Source of the DNA: Sphingomonadales bacterium | Lineage (GTDB): Bacteria; Pseudomonadota; Alphaproteobacteria; Sphingomonadales; CAKZYD01 | DNA: 43,074 nt | Assembly: GCA_050114795.1 (NCBI GenBank) | Contig: JASFRS010000002.1 | Span: 1 to 43,074, forward strand | Reading direction: 5' to 3' | Shown here: positions 1 through 6,354 of the stretch, in pieces | How positions within the stretch are numbered: the stretch's first letter is position 1 | Layout of the letters: every line of letters begins with the position of its first letter | Notes under the pieces: generated by a model | Databases searched by the model: none | The model's input: the letters and a program-made list of their open reading frames with translations, nothing else | What the model was told of the DNA's origin: nothing | Program-made: the position numbers and the translations under genes

Positions 1-80
1 TCACCCCCTCACCCCGACCCTCTCCCCCGCAATGGTTCATTCCCTCTCCCCTTGTGGGAGAGGGTTAGGGTGAGGGGTAC
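1..80. repeat. GC-rich REP-like extended palindrome, copy 1 (may be cut by the window edge)
   Basis: Left arm cccctcacccCGaccctctccc (5-26) is the reverse complement of right arm gggagagggTTAgggtgagggg (56-77) except for the 2-nt spacer. An inner alternative hairpin is ccctctccc(42-50)-cttgt-gggagaggg(56-64). The same arm sequence recurs at 5489-5510. Confidence 0.75.
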
Positions 81-288
81 ATCAAACAAGACTTGTATAT
101 GCGCTTACTACACGCTAAGGTTTTGACGCTCTTAATAAAAGAGCGGCCCAGAAGGGTGGTGACACACCCAACTGAGCCTGACCATAAACACTCTAACCAG
201 GAGAATGTTATGGCTAGCAGCGTGTCTAGCATATTCATTTCATATTTGCGAAGTTGTATTCTCACATCCCTGATGTGGTGTGTCGCTG

Positions 289-504
289 ATGAGTGAGGAC
301 AGAATTGATCTTGCCCTTATCACCGATCATCTGTCGGGGAGAGTGGGATTAAGCGATCTGGCCGAACCCTTAGCTCAGGTGCAGCACGACGTGGCCGTGC
401 TCTTATCCCTGCAAAGCAAGGCGTATCGTTCAGTGCATGCCCAGCTTCATTGCCACGTGGAGCATTTGGCATTGCTTTATCGCGCGTTGATCCAAATACA
501 CTAA
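289..504 (+). CDS. hypothetical small protein (71 aa from ATG 289; the track ORF starts at GTG 280)
   Basis: Open frame only, with no recognisable motif. Its upstream non-coding block and the block-to-ATG spacing are shared with the small ORF at 5919-6158. No clear RBS. Confidence 0.3.
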   Translation: MSEDRIDLALITDHLSGRVGLSDLAEPLAQVQHDVAVLLSLQSKAYRSVHAQLHCHVEHLALLYRALIQIH

Positions 505-556
505 CCCCTGTCCTGGATATACCGTCCTCGTTACCCGGGCAGGTGGCGGGGGCGGG

Positions 557-1168
557 CTAGGACGGGGGCCGTTTGAAAGCTTGTCGCGCGTCTTCAACCT
601 GCTTTTGAATGATGCACTCTTCATGATGATCATTTATCAAGCCCATGGCCTGCATGAATGCAAATACGGTGGTTGGGCCTACGAATTTCCATCCACGTTT
701 CTTCAGCGCTTTTGAGAGTGCGATAGATGTGGGGGAGGTTGAGCGTGATTGCGGCGTGTCCTGCTCGTCCACGGCTGGCTCAAATCCCCAGACGAATTTG
801 GCGAGAGACCCTTCTTCCTTCACCATAAGCTGTGCACATCGGGCGTTATTAATGACCGCTTCGATTTTGCCGCGATGGCGCACAATGCCTTTGTCTTCCA
901 AAAGACGTTCAATGTCGCCTTTGGTGAATTCAGCAATTTTGTTGAAATCAAAATGATGAAAGGCAGCGCGGAAGTTTTCGCGTTTCGCAAGGATGGTGCG
1001 CCAGCTTAAGCCCGACTGAAAACTTTCCAGGCAGAGCTTTTCAAAAAGCCGATAATCATCGTCAACAGGAAAGCCCCATTCTTTGTCATGATAGGTAATG
1101 AACTCAGGTGCCGCCCCTGACCAGCGGCAACGGGGTAAGCCATCCTCTGCAACAATGGTTTTTGTCAT
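557..1168 (-). CDS. tag: DNA-3-methyladenine glycosylase I
   Basis: 203-aa ORF with YHDKEWGFPV and FQSGLSWRTIL segments characteristic of the Tag family. It starts 3 nt after the upstream YciI-like stop, so the genes are arranged as an operon. Confidence 0.9.
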   Translation of the reverse strand: MTKTIVAEDGLPRCRWSGAAPEFITYHDKEWGFPVDDDYRLFEKLCLESFQSGLSWRTILAKRENFRAAFHHFDFNKIAEFTKGDIERLLEDKGIVRHRGKIEAVINNARCAQLMVKEEGSLAKFVWGFEPAVDEQDTPQSRSTSPTSIALSKALKKRGWKFVGPTTVFAFMQAMGLINDHHEECIIQKQVEDARQAFKRPPS

Positions 1169-1171
1169 AGG

Positions 1172-1468
1172 TTATGCAGCCTTGGCAGTGAGGAATTCGA
1201 GCCTGGAGTCCGTGCGTCCAGGTGTGGTTTCTAAAATGTCTGCAGTGACGATATTTTCGATAACAAAGGGGTCTTGGTTGACGCGTTCCTGAATTTCTTC
1301 AGGTGTTGCATTATGGGCCAGTAACACGCCACCTGCATTGGGTTGTAGACTGCCGACATAGAGAAACACGTCGTCCTTAAACCCATCGGAAATCCAAGCT
1401 TTATGACCCTCCATATATTCTTTTGCTTTGGCTTTATTATCGGAAAATCTAAGCGTTATGATGTACAT
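1172..1468 (-). CDS. YciI-like family protein
   Basis: 98 aa from ATG 1468 (CAT at 1466-1468), beginning MYIITLRFSDNKAKAKEYMEGHKAW. Size and pattern fit the YciI-like family. The longer track ORF (to 1528) would overlap tetR by 80 nt and adds a non-conserved-looking basic extension. Confidence 0.6.
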   Translation of the reverse strand: MYIITLRFSDNKAKAKEYMEGHKAWISDGFKDDVFLYVGSLQPNAGGVLLAHNATPEEIQERVNQDPFVIENIVTADILETTPGRTDSRLEFLTAKAA

Positions 1469-2048
1469 TCTCTTTAACCTTTTGTTGTGCATAGGATGAC
1501 GCCCAGGCGCACATTTCATCCACTTCACGTTTTACAAAATCTTCATCATGAAAAGCATTGGCAAGCGTTGCTACACCTTGAGAGCGGGCGAGCAGGTGCA
1601 TGGCGAGGTCATCAGCAATATCTTCATGACCTAATTGCACAAATTGCCGTCGTAGCCAGGTACGGAATAGGGTGAATAACTCACTCGCCCCGCTTTGTGA
1701 TGGATGGTTTAGCTTTGCTAGTTCCGAGCTCAAAGTACCGATGGGGCAGCCATAGAGCATGATCTTCGCTTGATTGGTAATCAGAATATAGATGAAGCTA
1801 CGGATGCGGTCTTCCGGCGTATTTCCTTCAAGCTGCCATTGTTCAAGCATTTCCTGGCGGTCTTTCAGCCTTAGGGCGATGACCGCGTCTAAGATGCCAT
1901 CTTTGCTTTTAAAATGATGATAGAAATTGCCGCGGGAGATGCCTACTGCTGAGGCAATGTCAGCAAAGCTGGTGTGTTCAAAACCCTGTTCATAGAAAAG
2001 CCGGTCCGCTGTTTCCACAATGCGGTCGCAAGTTGTTTTTTTGTCCAT
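1449..2048 (-). CDS. TetR/AcrR family transcriptional regulator
   Basis: N-terminal HTH signature TSFADIASAVGISRGNFYHHFKSKDGIL. Length is 199 aa. It is the first gene of the tetR-yciI-tag string. Confidence 0.9.
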   Translation of the reverse strand: MDKKTTCDRIVETADRLFYEQGFEHTSFADIASAVGISRGNFYHHFKSKDGILDAVIALRLKDRQEMLEQWQLEGNTPEDRIRSFIYILITNQAKIMLYGCPIGTLSSELAKLNHPSQSGASELFTLFRTWLRRQFVQLGHEDIADDLAMHLLARSQGVATLANAFHDEDFVKREVDEMCAWASSYAQQKVKENVHHNA

Positions 2049-2069
2049 TGGTTTCGCTCCGGCACGCTT

Positions 2070-2114
2070 TAGGACAACTGTCCTATATATGGGATTTAGG
2101 ATGTTTGTCCTAAA
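2070..2114. promoter_or_regulatory. two related palindromes upstream of tetR (candidate TetR operators)
   Basis: TAGGACA-ac-TGTCCTA (2070-2085) is a perfect inverted repeat. TTTAGGA-tgtttg-TCCTAAA (2095-2114) carries the same TAGGA/TCCTA half-sites. Both lie 22-66 bp upstream of the tetR ATG (2048, minus strand). Confidence 0.55.
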
Positions 2115-2126
2115 ATGTCAACGGGC

Positions 2127-2169
2127 AAAACAAAGCCCTTCTCCCTGCGTGAGAGAAGGGCTTTGTTTG
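2127..2169 (-). terminator. intrinsic terminator after the DUF3501 gene
   Basis: Stem caaagcccttctc (2131-2143) pairs with gagaagggctttg (2153-2165). On the minus strand the hairpin is followed by gTTTTg. It lies 13 bp downstream of the stop at 2182. Confidence 0.65.
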
Positions 2170-2181
2170 AAGGTGAAGAAC

Positions 2182-2775
2182 TTACGCAAAATCTTTAGCA
2201 AGTTCTTCCAAAGAGGCGGGCGACAAAATTGTCAGATGCGCATAATTCTCGTGGTCAAAGCCCAGCATGACTTGCTGTTCTGCGGCTTTAAAGGCAGCAA
2301 TTTGGTCGTCGTTTAAACGGAAATGTAGGAAGTGGACGGCTGAGGTTTTGCCGTCTTCTGAAGTACGTTCCACATCTTGCTCTGGGTCGGCATAGACTTT
2401 TTCATTGCCGATTTGCAGGAAGCATTTTTCCTCAACGCCACCTAAGCGTAGCAGGATGTTCAGGCGACGAATGGGGTCGTCAATTTCGAACATTAAGGTC
2501 GCTGTCAGGTTCTTGCCTTGGGGAATGAGCGGATTATAGGCGTTCAACTCATCTTCGACCTGCTCATCACCCCCTTTTTCGATGTAGAGCATCTCTTGCA
2601 CCTGGGCGAGCATGGTCTCATAGCTTTCAAAATAGAAGGTGGCATAAGGTCCAACTTCAATTCGGCGCAGCTTCTTGGTTGGAATAAGCGCGCGGCGCTT
2701 TTCCATTCGTACTTTGGCGTATTCGTCTAAGTCCATGATGTCATCACGGGTGATTTGACGCGTGTTTACTGGCAT
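2182..2775 (-). CDS. DUF3501 family protein
   Basis: 197-aa ORF recognised from memory as the DUF3501 family that co-occurs with CCG Fe-S proteins and rubrerythrin. It starts 11 nt downstream of the Fe-S gene. Confidence 0.65.
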   Translation of the reverse strand: MPVNTRQITRDDIMDLDEYAKVRMEKRRALIPTKKLRRIEVGPYATFYFESYETMLAQVQEMLYIEKGGDEQVEDELNAYNPLIPQGKNLTATLMFEIDDPIRRLNILLRLGGVEEKCFLQIGNEKVYADPEQDVERTSEDGKTSAVHFLHFRLNDDQIAAFKAAEQQVMLGFDHENYAHLTILSPASLEELAKDFA

Positions 2776-2785
2776 TTCTTAGTCC

Positions 2786-4132
2786 TTATTTCGCGAGCCC
2801 ATAGGCTTGTGCAAAAATCTCAATGGGGTGGAGCGAGCCTTTTTGGCCCGAGCCAATGCCCTGTTCGCGCATGCCTTGAGTGATATGTTTGCAAGCGAGA
2901 GCGCAGTCGGAACAGATGGTCTCGTTTTCCGCGCGCTTGACTTGGTTCAATACAGGTTTACGGATTTTATCCGCATGGGGCTTAGTTTCTTTCATTATAC
3001 CAAATGTGCCGCCATGGCCTGAACAACGTTCAATCAATGTGACTTTCGTATCCGGGATGAGGCGCAGCATTTCCGCAGATTTTGGCCCCATATTTTGGGC
3101 CCGGGCGTGGCAGGCGTGATGAACGCTAACGCCGCCTTCGACTTGGTGAAGACCATCAACCAAGCCCTCTTTTTTGGAGATGTCCACAATATATTCAGCA
3201 ATGTCCCATGTCGCTTTGGACAGGGCTTGCACTTTCTCACTGTCTTTCAAAATCAGGGGCCATTCGAATTTCAGCATCAGACCGCAAGAGGCGGTCAGCG
3301 CCAAAACATCATAGCCCTTTTCCACATAGGGCATGAGAGCGTCAGAGACTTTTTCCGCCTGTTCCGCTACCTGTGCAATATCGCCTTGTTCCAGATAAGG
3401 CATGCCGCAGCAGGCGGGGTAAACCACTTCAGTCTCAACGCCATTTTTAGCCAAAACTTCAATGGCCGCTGTCCCAATATCCGGGTTCTGATAATTGGCC
3501 AGACAAGTGGTGTAAATCACAGCCTTACGCTTGCCGAAAGCGGGGGCCTCCTGATTAACCTCAGGCGCGCCTTTTTTCTTCAAGCGCTTGTCAAATGTAT
3601 CGCTGTGAAATTCCGGTAGCTCAGCCTTTTTATCAATGCCGAGCATGGACTGCATAACACTGCGAGTTACCGTGTTTTCCGTTTTCGATGCCCAATTCAC
3701 GAGACCTGCGATCGGTTCCGCCATCTTGCCATTACGGTCTGTCTTGGCCAGTTGCTTGTGAGTGAAATCCGCGCCTTCGCGCTTTAACTCCGCAGCCCGG
3801 TAGCGCAGCATTAGATGCGGGAAGTCCAAATCAAAATCATGAGGCGGTACATAAGGGCATTTGGTCAGGAAGCACATGTCACACAGCGTGCAGGCATCCA
3901 CTACATCCTTATATGCGCTCTTTTCAACGCTATCCAATTCACCTGTTGGCGCATCGTCAATCAGGTCGAAAAGAATGGGAAAGCTGTCACATAAATTGAA
4001 GCAGCGGCGACACCCGTGACAAATGTCAAAGACGCGCTCCATCTCAGCTTCGATTTTTGCTTCGTCATAGAAGTCCGGGTTGGTCCAATCCAGTGGATGA
4101 CGAATTGGTGCTTCCGTTGAACCTTCTTTCAT
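2786..4132 (-). CDS. heterodisulfide-reductase-related (Fe-S)-binding protein with CCG domains
   Basis: Two ferredoxin-type motifs are present: CHGCRRCFNLC and CTLCDMCFLTKCP. Cysteine-rich CCG-type segments follow (PACCGMP, and later ERCSGHGG). Length is 448 aa. Confidence 0.85.
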   Translation of the reverse strand: MKEGSTEAPIRHPLDWTNPDFYDEAKIEAEMERVFDICHGCRRCFNLCDSFPILFDLIDDAPTGELDSVEKSAYKDVVDACTLCDMCFLTKCPYVPPHDFDLDFPHLMLRYRAAELKREGADFTHKQLAKTDRNGKMAEPIAGLVNWASKTENTVTRSVMQSMLGIDKKAELPEFHSDTFDKRLKKKGAPEVNQEAPAFGKRKAVIYTTCLANYQNPDIGTAAIEVLAKNGVETEVVYPACCGMPYLEQGDIAQVAEQAEKVSDALMPYVEKGYDVLALTASCGLMLKFEWPLILKDSEKVQALSKATWDIAEYIVDISKKEGLVDGLHQVEGGVSVHHACHARAQNMGPKSAEMLRLIPDTKVTLIERCSGHGGTFGIMKETKPHADKIRKPVLNQVKRAENETICSDCALACKHITQGMREQGIGSGQKGSLHPIEIFAQAYGLAK

Positions 4133-4176
4133 GACTTAGGGTCCCTCAATTTATAAAACAGCTTCACTTAAATGAT

Positions 4177-4198
4177 GGGGGAGTGCGCACACTCCCCC
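4177..4198 (-). other. GC-rich intercistronic hairpin between the rubrerythrin and Fe-S genes
   Basis: GGGGGAGTG-cgca-CACTCCCCC is a perfect 9-bp stem. It lies 23 nt downstream of the rubrerythrin stop (4221). Only a weak U tract (AUCAUUUAA) follows on the minus strand. Confidence 0.6.
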
Positions 4199-4220
4199 AA
4201 TAACCACATATGGATGTGGA

Positions 4221-4640
4221 TTAACCGTCCAGGCTGTCCAAAGCTTTTTGGAAACGGCCGGCGTGGCTTTTTTCAGCTTTTGCAAGCGTTTCAAACCAGT
4301 CAGCAATTTCATCAAAGCCTTCATCGCGTGCAGTCCGCGCCATGCCCGGATACATGTCGGTGTATTCATGTGTTTCACCGGCAATTGCGGATTCCAGGTT
4401 TGCAGCAGTGCCACCGATGGGCTTGCCAGTGGCGGGATCACCAGTTTCTTCCAGGAATTCCAGATGGCCATGGGCGTGACCGGTTTCGCCTTCCGCGGTG
4501 GAGCGGAAAACAGCAGCGACGTCGTTATAACCTTCTACGTCCGCTTTTTGAGCGAAATACAGATAGCGACGGTTAGCTTGGCTTTCACCAGCAAATGCGT
4601 CTTTTAAATTTTGTTCGGTTTTTGAACCGCCTAAGCTCAT
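4221..4640 (-). CDS. rubrerythrin family protein (ferritin-like diiron domain only)
   Basis: Diiron ligand pattern: [19 protein letters not shown] (ExxH), GETHEY and EKSHAGRF (ExxH). There is no C-terminal rubredoxin CxxC pair. Start chosen at ATG 4640 because AAGGAG lies 7 nt upstream; the track ORF extends to 4697. Confidence 0.85.
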   Translation of the reverse strand: MSLGGSKTEQNLKDAFAGESQANRRYLYFAQKADVEGYNDVAAVFRSTAEGETGHAHGHLEFLEETGDPATGKPIGGTAANLESAIAGETHEYTDMYPGMARTARDEGFDEIADWFETLAKAEKSHAGRFQKALDSLDG

Positions 4641-4905
4641 GTTCATGCTCCTTAAGGCTCGTGTTGATTTGAAATCTCTTAATATGAGGCTGCGCACAAT
4701 ACACCCCCATATTGCACGGGCATTATGCTCTCTTACGAGGCATTTGCCAAAGGGAGATTAATAGATAAGGCAAAATTTTTTCGATTAAATTGATTGATTA
4801 AATCGATTAGTGGGGTGTGGTTTTGAGGCCAAATTGGTGGGAATTTGACTTTACACTTAAGTTGGATTTTAGTTTGGCAACGGACTTTTCATGGGGAGGG
4901 GGGCT

Positions 4906-5484
4906 ATGTCTCAGGAAAAACTGTCTGTTGCGTTGGTGTTTCTATCCAGTTTTGCGTGTATCAAAGTGAGTCTGAAAGAGGCTTATTTAAAGTCTGCTGT
5001 CGCTCGAAGTGCATTTGCTAACTGGCTCTATCTCGTAAGCGGATTAACTTATTTTCTGAGCCTTCTTGGCTTAATCGCCCTTTTTGGATTCTGGGAAGGT
5101 ATTGGCTATTGGATTGGTGGCTCTATCGCTTTGTCAGTGGTTTTGGACATTACCAGGGTAATAGCTATAGCTGATGGTGTCGTTGTGATTTTGGGGGCAG
5201 CTTTGATCGCGATTGGGCTCATGTTGGCCTTTGATAATGCTCAGCATTTTGAAAGGCAGTTTGAACAGTTTTCATGGAGCTGGAGCTGGTCGACGTTTTT
5301 TATTGCCTGGCCGATTTTAGCGATAATTTCAGCTTTTGCTGGTGGCGCTTTAAATGAACAAAATGTAGAGCAGTTGGACGTGGAAGCTGATTATCGCGCT
5401 GCTCCAGGACGGTCTCTGTTTGGTGCCGCTTTGGGCGGAGGCATTCTGGCTTTAATTCTGGTTGGGGTTATTGGATTCTTTTAA
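4906..5484 (+). CDS. hypothetical multi-pass membrane protein
   Basis: Several long hydrophobic stretches (LYLVSGLTYFLSLLGLIALFGFW, VVVILGAALIAIGLMLAF, GGILALILVGVIGFF). Start chosen at ATG 4906, with GGAGG 6 nt upstream; the track ORF starts at 4891. Confidence 0.6.
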   Translation: MSQEKLSVALVFLSSFACIKVSLKEAYLKSAVARSAFANWLYLVSGLTYFLSLLGLIALFGFWEGIGYWIGGSIALSVVLDITRVIAIADGVVVILGAALIAIGLMLAFDNAQHFERQFEQFSWSWSWSTFFIAWPILAIISAFAGGALNEQNVEQLDVEADYRAAPGRSLFGAALGGGILALILVGVIGFF

Positions 5485-5488
5485 TTTA

Positions 5489-5588
5489 CCCCTCACCCTA
5501 ACCCTCTCCCGTCAGGGGAGAGGGGGCGAACCAGTGCGCTCCATGAACACACTCCCTCTTCCCTTGTGGGAGGGGGTGGGGTGAAGGG
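5489..5588. repeat. GC-rich REP-like extended palindrome, copy 2
   Basis: cccctcaccctaaccctctccc (5489-5510) is identical to the reverse complement of 56-77. It is followed by gtca-ggggagagg. A second hairpin ccctcttccc-ttgt-gggaggggg (5554-5576) and a closing tggggtgaaggg (5577-5588) follow. Confidence 0.75.
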
Positions 5589-5918
5589 TAGTTCGGACTC
5601 TAGCCCTAGGCTACAGAGAGCTTTTTGGAGCATGAGGTTACATGTGTCACCCTCGCGAGATGATCAATCCAACTACTGGGCTGTGTATGACGCCATTTAA
5701 CTTGCACCCACAACTAACACTTGTTAGTTTGGTGGCGCTTCAACGCTTGGGCAACAGGTGAAGAAGTACTTTTAAGCGGCCCGGCCAGGAGTTAGGACCT
5801 CCCAACCGAGCCTCGTCAACACTAATAAAGGCTTATTAGCATGACTAAGCGAACGTTTATCACAAGACATCTGAAATTGCGAAGGCCTTCCTGTATATCC
5901 ACGGGATAGGTACTTCTC

Positions 5919-6158
5919 ATGACAATTCAAAAAGAGAACGGGCAGGGCGTGCGCGCTGTGACCGAGCTTAGCCCTATGGAGCCACTGATTGAGCGGCTTC
6001 ATGAAAATGCTGACCATTTATGCGAGTTGATGGACGGCACCTGGCTCAGCTTTGAGCAGCATCGATTAAAGAGCGTGGGTTTCCTCATTCGCCTTATGAA
6101 GGAGGATGCTCTCAACCTTTACGCCCTATACACCCAGGCGACCAAGACCGAGACATGA
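5919..6158 (+). CDS. hypothetical small protein (79 aa)
   Basis: Open frame followed 62 nt later by a clean intrinsic terminator. The upstream non-coding block is shared with the ORF at 289-504. The RBS is weak. Confidence 0.4.
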   Translation: MTIQKENGQGVRAVTELSPMEPLIERLHENADHLCELMDGTWLSFEQHRLKSVGFLIRLMKEDALNLYALYTQATKTET

Positions 6159-6219
6159 TAAATGGCCCCTTGCTCGGGGTCAGTGGCGTAACATCTCGGT
6201 CGGGTGGGTAACACCTTAA

Positions 6220-6247
6220 GCGGGGCATTTGCCGGTGCCCCGCTTTT
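6220..6247 (+). terminator. intrinsic terminator
   Basis: gcggggca (6220-6227) pairs with tgccccgc (6236-6243) across an 8-nt loop. TTTT follows at 6244-6247. Confidence 0.8.
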
Positions 6248-6354
6248 CCCCATGAGCAAATATATTTATCTACTTCTAATTGTAATTTGAAACATTCATG
6301 GACCGTTAACCGGGCGCGTCTTATAGCTCTTTTGGGTAAGAAAGATGATATGAT

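Noticed and set aside
286-293. CTGATGAG, identical to the conserved hammerhead ribozyme core box, just upstream of and overlapping the small-ORF start.
   Set aside because: No GAAA box or three-stem arrangement can be drawn around it. The paralogous copy at 5880-5925 lacks the motif. An 8-mer is expected by chance in 43 kb when both strands are read.
1469-1528. A 20-codon N-terminal extension of the YciI-like ORF (MKWMKCAPGRHPMHNKRLKR).
   Set aside because: It would overlap the tetR C-terminus by 80 nt. The YciI-like domain begins at MYIITLRF (ATG 1468).
3095-3619. Long ORFs antisense to, or out of frame with, well-supported genes. Examples: 645-956, 3095-3619, 4172-4576, 7656-7958, 16878-17333, 19739-20131, 23272-23643, 30751-31059, 33338-33691, 34126-34533, 37411-37752.
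   Set aside because: Each lies entirely inside a CDS with strong family motifs on the other strand or frame. None has an RBS or a recognisable motif. This is typical shadow-ORF behaviour.
5278-5295. Short tandem repeat tggagc-tggagc-tgg.
   Set aside because: It lies inside the membrane-protein CDS and simply encodes SWSWSW. Two and a half units is too short to be meaningful.
1-5588. The REP-like palindromes as integron attC sites or MITE ends delimiting a mobile cassette.
   Set aside because: No integrase or transposase lies in the window. The putative core sites (CCCTAAC / GTTAGGG) violate the RYYYAAC / GTTRRRY consensus. No target-site duplication is visible. The enclosed genes (tag, tetR, the rubrerythrin operon) look chromosomal.
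5919-6158. The C-terminal ...ALNLYALYTQATK of the small ORF (and ...LALLYRALIQ of the copy at 289-504) faintly recalls the first helix of Dps proteins, which raises the idea of Dps gene remnants.
   Set aside because: The resemblance is limited to a few residues. Downstream frames do not continue with the Dps HW..V.G motif. I cannot verify it without a profile search.
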